DNA of 42,939 bases from a virus (lineage: Duplodnaviria > Heunggongvirae > Uroviricota > Caudoviricetes), in IMG/VR virus record IMGVR_UViG_2571042732_000002; one strand, written 5' to 3'. The notes under the pieces are model-generated. The model saw only the letters and a list, made by a program, of their open reading frames with translations. It had not been told where the DNA came from and did not search any database. The position numbers were made by a program, and so were the translations under genes. This document shows, one piece after another, positions 1 through 8,127 of the stretch; positions within the stretch are counted from its first letter, which is position 1; every line of letters begins with the position of its first letter.

Positions 1-1143
1 CTATGCTGTTTTGATATCTACGATAATCCAGTCTTTACCACGATCATCATTGTATCGGTCGGTCATTTTTCTGGATTTATGGCCTAACAACTTTTGCGTA
101 TCCAGACCCTGTTCCCGATATAACCGTTCTGACAGAGATCGCTGCTCATGAAATGTGGGCGCAGTTCCTTGCTCCCATTTTATGCCACATTTTTCCCTGG
201 CCTTTTTAAAAGCCGTTGTCAGAGTATTCGCAGAAACCTGGTCTCCTCTGTTTGCTTGAGAGGTTGTGTGACGGTAATGGACCAGATATTTACTAACAAC
301 AGCATCCCTGCACTGAGATATAACTTCACGAAGGGTAATATTCAGAGCATCGCATTTCAGGTTAAGCGGAATAGCAGGTTTTGAACCGGTTTTTTCCTGA
401 GTAATGTGCAACATGTCGTCCCAGATATCAGAGAATTTCAAATTGCAGATATCGCCTAAACGTTGTCCAGTGACAAGAGCAAGTAGCATCCCGCATTTTA
501 AATAGGGCTGCCGTCTGCTTACGCTGTCAAATATTGCCTGCCATTCGGGCAGTGATAATCTTTGGCGGTTTACTCGATTTCGCGGTTGTTTTGTTGCCTG
601 CGCTGGGTTAAATCCTGGCGGAACATGTCCTGCGTGTTGTGCTTCTTTGAAGACGTCGATTAACACCATTCTCACGACTTGCGCCATCCTGTTATGACCT
701 TCAGCCTTTACAGCATCAATCATTTCGGCAATATCAAGTGCGGTAATATCCTTGAGGTGTTGCATTCCACAATGCTCACGGAAAAGACGAATGGGTTTGC
801 CTTTTTGCCGATAGGAGTTGGGTCTTAGTTCATTATGTTGCAGCCTGTCCTCCTGGATAGAAATATATTTATCAAGCCATTCTGTCACCGTAATGTCTGA
901 GCGCCTGCCTTTCATTCTTTCCAGACGCTCATTGACGCTTAATATTTGTCGGGTACGTTGTTCGGCAATAATGGTATTTGCTTCAGTAGCAACTTGTTTT
1001 GCTTCATTCTCATCAGTTCCTAAGCTATGAAAACGACCGGATAGTGGATGTTTGTATTGCCAATATACCTTTCCGGTTCGCTTATCTAATTTGCAATATA
1101 AATTGGGTATAGAGATTTTGTGAGATCGGGGTCTAGCAGCCAT
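1..1143 (-). CDS. int: Phage integrase (tyrosine recombinase), 380 aa, not the lambda Int allele
   Basis: ATG at 1143-1141; C-terminal region has H-x-x-R and Y (LLGHKSRKMTDRY) typical of tyrosine recombinases; start overlaps xis by 11 nt as in lambda; stop codon is window positions 1-3. Confidence 0.85.
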   Translation of the reverse strand: MAARPRSHKISIPNLYCKLDKRTGKVYWQYKHPLSGRFHSLGTDENEAKQVATEANTIIAEQRTRQILSVNERLERMKGRRSDITVTEWLDKYISIQEDRLQHNELRPNSYRQKGKPIRLFREHCGMQHLKDITALDIAEMIDAVKAEGHNRMAQVVRMVLIDVFKEAQHAGHVPPGFNPAQATKQPRNRVNRQRLSLPEWQAIFDSVSRRQPYLKCGMLLALVTGQRLGDICNLKFSDIWDDMLHITQEKTGSKPAIPLNLKCDALNITLREVISQCRDAVVSKYLVHYRHTTSQANRGDQVSANTLTTAFKKAREKCGIKWEQGTAPTFHEQRSLSERLYREQGLDTQKLLGHKSRKMTDRYNDDRGKDWIIVDIKTA

Positions 1144-1369
1144 CAGCGATTATCCGTTGGAGTTTTGGGTTTGCGTTTATTGGGAGTTGCGGTTCTGCAA
1201 GCGTTCCTACAAAACGGGAATTTCGGTCAATCATCCAGTAGCGACCAACTTTTATAGCGGGTGGGGCCATCATTTTCCCTTGCGCGTATTTTTTCAGAAC
1301 TCGCTCACTTGGTGCTAAGTCCCCAAATTCTTCTTTAGCCCAGTCCTGTAAAGTGATTAGTCGAGACAT
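1133..1369 (-). CDS. xis: Excisionase-like protein, 78 aa
   Basis: Small basic protein immediately upstream of and overlapping int; ATG at 1369-1367 preceded by GGAGG. Confidence 0.6.
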   Translation of the reverse strand: MSRLITLQDWAKEEFGDLAPSERVLKKYAQGKMMAPPAIKVGRYWMIDRNSRFVGTLAEPQLPINANPKLQRIIADGC

Positions 1370-1508
1370 TTGTCCTCCTCTTAGCTGCTGAGGGAGTTTG
1401 TGACCGATATATCTGACATGATATTAAGCTCATGGCAGGTACATCTCTTGACTGGTCATAGAGATAAATTTAATGCTGAGAAATGCAGTATTGAATTTAT
1501 CAATTTTT

Positions 1509-1748
1509 CTATTTCCTGCGTATGGCACGTAACTTCTTAATGTGTTCTGCCGTTTCGATCTCTTCTACTATCCGATCTGCATCAGCTTTATTCACAGGTT
1601 CAAAGTCATGATTAAAGCGGAACATGCTGGCGATACATGTTCTGCCTTTTCGGATGTAGTGAACTTTGTTGTGGGTAGAACGCAGGATTTTGCAGGGAGT
1701 GCCGTGGTGGTCGACGTACCAGGTGTTAGGAAAAATGATTCTGAACAT
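1509..1748 (-). CDS. Hypothetical early-left protein, 79 aa
   Basis: ATG with GAGG upstream; located in the xis-exo accessory stretch. Confidence 0.45.
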   Translation of the reverse strand: MFRIIFPNTWYVDHHGTPCKILRSTHNKVHYIRKGRTCIASMFRFNHDFEPVNKADADRIVEEIETAEHIKKLRAIRRK

Positions 1749-1795
1749 TTTTACACCTCAGTTGGACGATGTTGAAATTTGCTGCTTTGAGGCCA

Positions 1796-2014
1796 TCACA
1801 GTCCCCATTGTTTGTTCTTAAGTTCGATCTCCTCCTGGCAACTTGCACAAGTCCGACAACCCTGAACAGCCAGGCGTCTTCGCTCATCTATCGGATCGCC
1901 ACACTCACAACAATGAGTTGCGGATACAGTCTGGTAGTTCTGACGACGCATTTTTATTGCTGTATTGCGCTGTAATTCTTCGATTTCTGATGCTGAATCA
2001 ATGATGTCTGCCAT
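1796..2014 (-). CDS. TraR/DksA-family C4 zinc-finger protein, 72 aa
   Basis: CxxC-(17)-CxxC motif (CCECGD ... CRTCASC) in a 72-aa protein; same type and position as lambda Orf73 (TraR-like). Confidence 0.6.
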   Translation of the reverse strand: MADIIDSASEIEELQRNTAIKMRRQNYQTVSATHCCECGDPIDERRRLAVQGCRTCASCQEEIELKNKQWGL

Positions 2015-2063
2015 CTTCCATTAATCCCTGAATTGTTGGTTAATACGCTTGAGGATGAATGCG

Positions 2064-2090
2064 AATAATAAAAAAGGAGCCTGTAGCTCC
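2064..2090 (-). terminator. Rho-independent terminator-like hairpin on minus strand
   Basis: Minus-strand GGAGC-TACAG-GCTCC stem followed by TTTTTTATTATT, directly downstream of the 2113..2427 ORF. Confidence 0.4.
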
Positions 2091-2112
2091 CTGATGATTT
2101 TGTTTTTCATGT

Positions 2113-2427
2113 TCACCGTTCCTTAAAGACGCCGTTTAACATGCCGATCGCCAGGCTTAAATGAGTCGGTGTGAATCCCATCAGCGTTACCGTTTCGCGG
2201 TGCTTCTTAAGTACGCTACGGCAAATGTCATCGACGTTTTTATCCGGAAACTGCTGTCTGGCTTTTTTGATTTCAGAATTAGCCTGACGGGCAATGCTGC
2301 GAAGGGCGTTTTCCTGCTGAGGTGTCATTGAACAAGTCCCATGTCGGCAAGCATAAGCACACAGAATATGAAGCCCTCTGCCAGAAAAATGCATTCCGTG
2401 GTTGTCATGCAGCCTCCCGACGGGCAA
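2113..2427 (-). CDS. Hypothetical protein, 104 aa, start uncertain
   Basis: ORF with TTG at 2427 preceded by AAGGA; internal ATGs at 2394 and 2328 are alternative starts. Confidence 0.35.
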   Translation of the reverse strand: MPVGRLHDNHGMHFSGRGLHILCAYACRHGTCSMTPQQENALRSIARQANSEIKKARQQFPDKNVDDICRSVLKKHRETVTLMGFTPTHLSLAIGMLNGVFKER

Positions 2428-2962
2428 GAATCCTTGAGCCGAACGCCATCAACTCTCCACGATCAACGGTCGTAAAGTGGCAGTGTGTACGGGGGTATGG
2501 GTGCCAGATAATGAGCATCGAGCCTTTATTATTTCCACTGACGGGTTTCTCAGTGAGTGGGTTAATAAATGCCAGTCGTCCTGCCGTGATGAATCTGACC
2601 TCACTGGCGGTTTGTATCGCTTCATGAAACCATCCGACAGATGTGTCAGCAGGCAATAACATTACACATCCCACACTACTGAATTTGTTTTCAGTGGCTG
2701 CCTTTTTCACAAAAGGGGAAATATTGCTGTATGGTGGATTCAACCAGACATAACCAGAGGCATATCCCATTGCTTCAGGCCATGAAGTGGTTAATGTGTT
2801 CTGCTCCTGTGAGATAAAAAGCCGACATAGTCGGTTTTTTTCGCTGGCGGCAGCATCAAGTTGAAAAACGAACTCTGCATTAAGCGCAGCAAAAATCTCT
2901 GGTGGTGTGCGCCAGCTGTCGCGATGTTCGGCAGGAGTATTGCTTCCGGTGAAATCAGTCAT
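2405..2962 (-). CDS. Phage Dam-type DNA N6-adenine methyltransferase, 185 aa
   Basis: NPPY catalytic motif (WLNPPYSNI) and overall resemblance to the small phage N6A methyltransferase family; ATG at 2962. Confidence 0.7.
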   Translation of the reverse strand: MTDFTGSNTPAEHRDSWRTPPEIFAALNAEFVFQLDAAASEKNRLCRLFISQEQNTLTTSWPEAMGYASGYVWLNPPYSNISPFVKKAATENKFSSVGCVMLLPADTSVGWFHEAIQTASEVRFITAGRLAFINPLTEKPVSGNNKGSMLIIWHPYPRTHCHFTTVDRGELMAFGSRILARREAA

Positions 2963-3112
2963 ACAGCCCCCGTTTATTATTTATCGCCTCAGCCAGCCGC
3001 TGTGCTTTCAGTGGATTTCTGATAACAGAAAGGCCGGGAAATACCCAGCCTCGCTTTGTAACGGAGTAGATGAAAGTGATCGCGCCTACCCGGATATTAT
3101 CGTGAGGATGCT

Positions 3113-3793
3113 TCATCGCCATTGCTCCCCAAATACAAAACCAATTTCAGCCAGTGCCACGTCCATTTTTTCGATGAACTCCGGCACCATCTCGTCAAAA
3201 TTCGCCATGTACTTTTCATTCCGCTCAATCACGACATAATGCAGGCCTTCACGCTTCATACGCGGGTCATAGTTGGCAAAGTACCAGGCATCTTTTCGCG
3301 TCACCCACATGCTGTACTGCACCTGGGCCATGTAAGCCGATTTTATGGCCTCGAAACCACCGAGCCGGAACTTCATGAAATCCCGGGAGGTAAACGGGCA
3401 TTTCAGTTCAAGGCCGTTGCCGTCACTGCATAAACCATCGGGAGAGCAGGCGGTGCGCATACTTTCGTCGCGATAGATGATCGGGGATTCAGTAACATTC
3501 ACGCCGGAAGTGAATTCAAACAGGGTTCTGGCGTCGTTCTCGTACTGTTTTCCCCAGGCCAGCGCCTTAGCATTAACTTCCGGAGCCACACCGGTGCAAA
3601 CCTCAGCCAGCAGGGTGTGGAAGTAGGACATTTTCATGTCAGGCCACTTCTTTCCTGAGCGGGGCTTTGCTATCACGTTGTGAACTTCTGAAGCGGTGAT
3701 GACGCCGAGCCGTAATTTGTGCCATGCATCATCCCCCTGTTCGACAGCTCTCACGTCGATCCCGGTACGCTGCAGGATAATGTCCGGTGTCAT
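3113..3793 (-). CDS. exo: Lambda exonuclease (Red alpha), 226 aa
   Basis: Translated ORF recognisably near-identical to lambda Exo over its full length ([37 protein letters not shown]...). Confidence 0.95.
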   Translation of the reverse strand: MTPDIILQRTGIDVRAVEQGDDAWHKLRLGVITASEVHNVIAKPRSGKKWPDMKMSYFHTLLAEVCTGVAPEVNAKALAWGKQYENDARTLFEFTSGVNVTESPIIYRDESMRTACSPDGLCSDGNGLELKCPFTSRDFMKFRLGGFEAIKSAYMAQVQYSMWVTRKDAWYFANYDPRMKREGLHYVVIERNEKYMANFDEMVPEFIEKMDVALAEIGFVFGEQWR

Positions 3794-4575
3794 GCTGCCA
3801 CCTTCTGCTCAGTGGCTTTCTGTTTCAGGAATCCAAGAGCTTTCACTGCTTCGGCCTGTGTCAGTTCTGACGATGCGCGAATGTCGCGGCGAAATATCTG
3901 GGAACAGAGCGGCAATAAGTCGTCATCCCATGTTTTATCCAGGGCGATCAGCAGAGTGTTAATCTCCTGCATGGTTTCATCGTTAACCGGAGTGATGTCG
4001 CGTTCTGGCTGACGTTCTGCAGTGTATGCAGTATTTTCGACAATGCGCTCGGCTTCATCCTTGTCATAGATACCAGCAAATCCGAAGGCCAGACGGGCAC
4101 ACTGAATCATGGCTTTATGCCGTAACATCCGTTTGGGATGCGACTGCCACGGCCCCGTGATTTCTCTGCCTTCGCGAGTTTTGAATGGTTCGCGGCGGCA
4201 TTCATCCATCCATTCGGTAACGCAGATCGGATGATTACGGTCCTTGCGGTAAATCCGGCATGTACAGGATTCATTGTCCTGCTCAAAGTCCATGCCATCA
4301 AACTGCTGGTTTTCATTGATGATGCGGGACCAGCCATCAACGCCCACCACCGGAACGATGCCGTTCTGCTTATCAGGGAAGGCGTAAATTTCTTTCGTCC
4401 ACGGATTAAGGCCGTACTGGTTGGCGACGATCAACAATGCGATGAACTGCGCATCGCTGGCATCACCTTTAAATGCCGTCTGGCGAAGAGTGGTGATCAG
4501 TTCCTGTGGGTCGACAGAATCCATGCCGACACGTTCAGCCAGCTTCCCTGCCAGCGTTGCGAGTGCTGTACTCAT
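3790..4575 (-). CDS. bet: Single-strand annealing protein Bet (Red beta), 261 aa
   Basis: Translated ORF recognisably near-identical to lambda Bet ([37 protein letters not shown]...); ATGA overlap with exo. Confidence 0.95.
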   Translation of the reverse strand: MSTALATLAGKLAERVGMDSVDPQELITTLRQTAFKGDASDAQFIALLIVANQYGLNPWTKEIYAFPDKQNGIVPVVGVDGWSRIINENQQFDGMDFEQDNESCTCRIYRKDRNHPICVTEWMDECRREPFKTREGREITGPWQSHPKRMLRHKAMIQCARLAFGFAGIYDKDEAERIVENTAYTAERQPERDITPVNDETMQEINTLLIALDKTWDDDLLPLCSQIFRRDIRASSELTQAEAVKALGFLKQKATEQKVAA

Positions 4576-4580
4576 CCGTT

Positions 4581-4877
4581 TTATACCTCTGAATCAATAT
4601 CAACCTGGTGGTGAGCAATGGTTTCAACCATGTACTGGATGTGTTCTGCCATGCGCTCCTGAAACTCAACATCGTCATCAAACGCACGGGTAATGGCTTT
4701 TTTGCTGGCCCCGTGGCGTTGCAAATGATCGATGCATAGCGATTCAAACAGGTGCTGGGGCAGGCCTTTTTCCATGTCGTCTGCCAGTTCTGCCTCTTTC
4801 TCTTCACGGGCGATCTGCTGGTAGTGACGCGCCCAGCTCTGAGCCTCAAGACGATCCTGAATGTAATAAGCGTTCAT
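4581..4877 (-). CDS. gam: Gam, RecBCD inhibitor, 98-aa short form
   Basis: Matches the C-terminal 98 aa of lambda Gam ([21 protein letters not shown]...); AGGAGG 7 nt upstream of the ATG; the six-frame track gives no longer in-frame ORF here. Confidence 0.9.
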   Translation of the reverse strand: MNAYYIQDRLEAQSWARHYQQIAREEKEAELADDMEKGLPQHLFESLCIDHLQRHGASKKAITRAFDDDVEFQERMAEHIQYMVETIAHHQVDIDSEV

Positions 4878-4952
4878 GGCTGACCTCCTGAAAATGGCTG
4901 TGAAAATATCGCCCGCGAAATGCCAGGCTGATTAGGAAAACAGGAAAGGGGA

Positions 4953-5159
4953 TTAGTGATTCAGGCCGTTACCGCGTCCGTCGAGAAAAACTTCCACGAG
5001 CAAATCACGGGTATAAGTGCGCTCGATGCCGCGATGCAGATAAAGCCGTCCGCGTAAATTAGCTGATGCAGTCCAGGTGCTATCTTTGTGTTTAACCAGC
5101 ATACCTGGCCGGACGGCACCGCGATTAACGGTCTGCGTTCCGTAATGTTGATGAACCAT
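4953..5159 (-). CDS. Hypothetical early-left protein, 68 aa, in the kil/cIII position
   Basis: ATG at 5159 preceded by AGGAG with 5-nt spacing; lies between gam and pL. Confidence 0.5.
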   Translation of the reverse strand: MVHQHYGTQTVNRGAVRPGMLVKHKDSTWTASANLRGRLYLHRGIERTYTRDLLVEVFLDGRGNGLNH

Positions 5160-5361
5160 AAAAACTCCTGCCCGTAAGCTGGGCTGCTGAACAAATAAGG
5201 GGGTGCGCAGTATCTGGCGGTGGATGGCCGCCGGTTGTCATAACTAAGTCGCCTCGTTGAAGCAACTGAGGTATGAAGTGTTGAGTTGATTTCAGCTGGT
5301 CACACCGACGTTCACGCGTCCGCTTCACCCCTCGCACTCCCCGGAGCCTGCTGAAATTCAA
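5125..5361 (-). CDS. Candidate N-like antiterminator with Arg-rich motif, 78 aa or shorter
   Basis: First ORF downstream of the proposed pL; N-proximal KRTRERR resembles the arginine-rich motifs of lambda/P22 N. Start is TTG or an internal GTG; overlaps the 68-aa ORF; no convincing boxA/boxB found. Confidence 0.25.
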   Translation of the reverse strand: MNFSRLRGVRGVKRTRERRCDQLKSTQHFIPQLLQRGDLVMTTGGHPPPDTAHPLICSAAQLTGRSFYGSSTLRNADR

Positions 5362-5439
5362 GCTGCGGATCTAAGCGGTCATCGCAACGGTGAATCAGGT
5401 GGTTGCCGTATCGTTGTGTTGTTGCGATATGGTGATAAT

Positions 5440-5505
5440 AGCTATTGCTATTGGTGATATCAATACTTATTGCTATTGTTAGATGTGTTTTGGTATTAAA
5501 TGTTT
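5440..5505 (-). promoter_or_regulatory. oL/pL: leftward early promoter with repressor operators
   Basis: Minus-strand TTGATA (5473-5468), 17-nt spacer, TATTAT (5450-5445); spacer and flanks carry TTGCTATTG/CAATAGCAA repeats shared with oR. Confidence 0.55.
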
Positions 5506-5602
5506 GATAGCAAAAAGAATTAATTTTGTGACTTGCATCGCATAGCGATAACTGAAGCGAGGTCGTGGTGGTTTTTTGAACGGTTTGTGATGAGGGGAGG
5601 GG

Positions 5603-5631
5603 ACAAAAGAAAACCCGGCACGGTGGCCGGG
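5603..5631 (-). terminator. Rho-independent terminator ending the cI-downstream operon
   Basis: Minus-strand CCCGGC...GCCGGG stem followed by TTTTCTTTTGT, directly after the stop of the 170-aa gene and upstream of oL. Confidence 0.5.
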
Positions 5632-5640
5632 TCTGTCATG

Positions 5641-6153
5641 TCAGTGAGCGTGCTTTTCTTTTAATTTTAGTGCAACAATTTTTGTGATCACTCCGGAAAG
5701 CAGCATCGTGTAATTAGGGATTTTTGATGCTTTGTTCAAAACAGAGCCAATAACTAGAAATATAGCTAAAATAAATCCGAATAATGTCATGGATATCATT
5801 GAAATTATAGGGTTTTTTGCCATGTACATTTGCATTAAAACTGCGAAAAAGCGGTCAAATTCCTCAGAGTTCTCCTTGATAATATCCTCGGGTTTATTTT
5901 TGCTGGAGGCTAAATAAAACACGATAATGAATGGAGAAGCTATGAGCATCAATGGCAATGCGAACCACATCCGCATTAGCTTGTAATTTAGGTACATTTT
6001 ATTTTTTTCCTTGTCTGATAAATTTTCATCATTAAGGAATGTACTAAGCATCTCAACCGCTTTTGCTTGGTGTTTTAGGGCGTTTTTTCTACAGAAAATC
6101 CAATAAGAAAGCACGCAAGCACTGGCAACAGCGGCATATATCCACGTCATCAT
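5641..6153 (-). CDS. Polytopic membrane protein, 170 aa, about 3 TM helices, rexB slot
   Basis: ATG at 6153 overlapping the stop of the upstream gene (TAATG) with AGGAGG just upstream; three hydrophobic helices; AT-rich codon usage. Confidence 0.7.
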   Translation of the reverse strand: MMTWIYAAVASACVLSYWIFCRKNALKHQAKAVEMLSTFLNDENLSDKEKNKMYLNYKLMRMWFALPLMLIASPFIIVFYLASSKNKPEDIIKENSEEFDRFFAVLMQMYMAKNPIISMISMTLFGFILAIFLVIGSVLNKASKIPNYTMLLSGVITKIVALKLKEKHAH

Positions 6154-6404
6154 TACTTACCTCCTTTCCGTTTCTTTTGCCTTGCTCTGATATCATTGAC
6201 TCTCTCATCGAGAAGTCGTTCACTTTTTCGTATACTACCCCATGTATAAATTAAGTAAATGATAATGACAGGAAGTGAAAGAACAAGCATTGCACCAAGA
6301 AAAGGTGACTTGGTGTAAATGTCGCTCCAAAACGAATGGGCGGCAATTATAGATTTAGGGACTGTTTCATCACCCATATCTATGTTTATTAAAGAAAAAC
6401 CCAA
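6153..6404 (-). CDS. Small single-pass membrane protein, 83 aa (74 aa from ATG 6377), rexA slot
   Basis: One hydrophobic helix (FLGAMLVLSLPVIIIYLIYTW) and a basic C-terminus; begins 40 nt downstream of the cI stop on the same strand; start is TTG 6404 or ATG 6377. Confidence 0.55.
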   Translation of the reverse strand: MGFSLINIDMGDETVPKSIIAAHSFWSDIYTKSPFLGAMLVLSLPVIIIYLIYTWGSIRKSERLLDERVNDIRARQKKRKGGK

Positions 6405-6443
6405 AACTCACATCCCTTATAAATCTAAAAGATGGTTTAAAAC

Positions 6444-7136
6444 TCAACCATGTTTTCGGTAAGTTTGCGGCATGCTCCCAATAACCTTACCGAAGATGAA
6501 CACCCGGTTCATCTCGTCTTTCTCGATCGGGTCCCACGGTGAGTAGCTCTTGTTATCAGAGATAACCAGCAGCTTATCCTTCATCATTTGCAGGCGCTTT
6601 ACATGGGCTGTGTCGTCGTACAGAAACGCATAGATACCATCACCGTCGAAAGATTTAACAGTGATATCAACGAACAAAAGATCACCTGGTTCGATCGTTC
6701 CTGACATGCTGTCACCGCGTACGTTAATGATGCGGATATTTTCTGCCTTCCTGCCATCGAACATGTGACGAGCATCGTCAAACGAGTACTCAACCGAGCG
6801 TAGAACTTCTACAAACTCACGATTGATGACACCCGGTCCGGCACTGACTTCTATATCAAGAACGTCAATCTTGAAGTATTTGGAATGGTTGACAGCAGGC
6901 TTCCCTGATTGTTGACCGTCATTTCTCATCGGGCCTATGCCTGATGAGAGCCACTCTGTTCGAACACCCAATGCATTAGCTATTTCAACAATTTTTGTTG
7001 AGCCGCGCGCGTTGCCGCTTGTCAGTCTCCAGATTGTGGGTTGAGCTACGCCAGACGCCTTTGCAAGAGCGCCTTGAGACATTCCAGATTGTTCCATCGC
7101 TAGGTTTAAGCGATCAGCAAGAGTTTCTTTTTTCAT
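6444..7136 (-). CDS. cI: CI-type prophage repressor, HTH plus S24 LexA-like peptidase, 230 aa
   Basis: N-terminal HTH (GMSQGALAKASGVAQPTIWRL), C-terminal S24 motifs (GDSM ... AHVKRL). ATG 7136 preferred because the track's TTG at 7172 lies inside the proposed pRM -35. Confidence 0.8.
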   Translation of the reverse strand: MKKETLADRLNLAMEQSGMSQGALAKASGVAQPTIWRLTSGNARGSTKIVEIANALGVRTEWLSSGIGPMRNDGQQSGKPAVNHSKYFKIDVLDIEVSAGPGVINREFVEVLRSVEYSFDDARHMFDGRKAENIRIINVRGDSMSGTIEPGDLLFVDITVKSFDGDGIYAFLYDDTAHVKRLQMMKDKLLVISDNKSYSPWDPIEKDEMNRVFIFGKVIGSMPQTYRKHG

Positions 7137-7246
7137 AAGTTTTAATTTATACGCTTGCGTATTGATGGTCAAAACACGTTTTGCTATTGATTGGATTAAT
7201 ACGCATTGCTATTATCTATTCATTGCAATACCAATAGGAATTGATA
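7137..7246. promoter_or_regulatory. oR with divergent pRM and pR
   Basis: pR on plus strand: TTGATT (7187-7192), 17 nt, TATTAT (7210-7215). pRM on minus strand: TTGACC (7172-7167), 16 nt, ATAAAT (7150-7145), ending about 8 nt from the cI ATG (leaderless-like). TTGCTATTG-type repeats present. Confidence 0.6.
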
Positions 7247-7474
7247 ATGACAAATCAAACCATTCAACTCGCAATCAGTATTACAGGTAGTCAAAAACGA
7301 CTGGCAGATCTATGCGGTGTAGCCCAACCCACTGTTTGGCGTTGGCTACACGGTGGCGGAATTGATGCCCGCTATGTAATGAAAATTGTCTCAGCCACTG
7401 GTGGAAAGATTAAACCAGCAGATATTCGTCCCGACCTCGCACCATTGTTTAACGCGAGTAATTCTGCCGCCTAA
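7247..7474 (+). CDS. cro: Cro-like HTH regulator, YdaS-type, 75 aa
   Basis: First gene downstream of pR, divergent from cI; HTH (QKRLADLCGVAQPTVWRWL) and C-terminal ...ATGGKIKPADIRPDL motif recalled from YdaS-family Cro proteins; ATG 7247 with AGGAA upstream. Confidence 0.7.
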   Translation: MTNQTIQLAISITGSQKRLADLCGVAQPTVWRWLHGGGIDARYVMKIVSATGGKIKPADIRPDLAPLFNASNSAA

Positions 7475-7498
7475 ACTGCGGCGTTAACTGATAAGGCA

Positions 7499-8041
7499 AT
7501 GACTATGCAACCACTTACATACCAACAGACTAGCGGATTTAGCCCGACTGCGGTGATAAATCGTTCTCAAACAAAACAGGTGCCAGGCCACGAAAAAATC
7601 CGTGATGCCGTCCGCGCCTGGTCGGCTGCAGATAATCAGGATGTTGTTGCCGCACTCATTGTGAATGAGTATCGGGAGCTGGGCGGCACCATCGATTTCC
7701 CTGATGATGTCAGCCGTGCACGCCAGAAGTTGTTCCGCTTCCTCGATAACAAATTCGATTCTGAAAAATACCGAAATAACGTGCGTGAACTGACCCCGGC
7801 AATTCTGGCGGTACTACCGCTGGAATATCGCGGCCACCTAGTTGAGCAGGATAGCTTCATGGCTCGGCTGGCTGAAATGGAAAAGGAACTCAGTGAGGCA
7901 AAGCAGGCGGTCATTCTCAACGCACCACGCCACCAGAAACTGAAGGAAATGAGTGAAGGTATTGTGTCGATGTTTCGTGTGGACCCAGATCTGGCTGGTC
8001 CACTGATGGCGATGGTCACCACCATGCTGGGGGCAATATGA
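7499..8041 (+). CDS. CII-position regulatory protein, YdaT-like, 180 aa
   Basis: Located between cro and O; family assignment is by position and recalled resemblance only. Confidence 0.45.
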   Translation: MTMQPLTYQQTSGFSPTAVINRSQTKQVPGHEKIRDAVRAWSAADNQDVVAALIVNEYRELGGTIDFPDDVSRARQKLFRFLDNKFDSEKYRNNVRELTPAILAVLPLEYRGHLVEQDSFMARLAEMEKELSEAKQAVILNAPRHQKLKEMSEGIVSMFRVDPDLAGPLMAMVTTMLGAI

Positions 8042-8127
8042 CAGGTTCAGAAATGGCGAAAGCCGGTCTGCTGGAACAGAACCGACTTTCAGGTGCAAAT
8101 CGTAACGCACTCATTGCGGGAGGAATT

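Noticed and set aside
2405-2408. 27-aa ORF starting at the ATGA overlap with the methyltransferase stop, preceded by GGGAGG
   Set aside because: Too short and unsupported; the Shine-Dalgarno more likely serves the adjacent longer ORF or is coincidental.
7137-7172. Track start for cI at TTG 7172
   Set aside because: It would place the start codon inside the proposed pRM -35 hexamer; ATG 7136 immediately precedes the HTH domain and fits a leaderless pRM transcript.
8038-8127. Track start for O at 8038, overlapping the upstream gene stop
   Set aside because: ATG 8128 has a GGAGG Shine-Dalgarno and yields an N-terminus matching lambda O; the upstream 30 codons are probably untranslated, though coupling from 8038 cannot be excluded.
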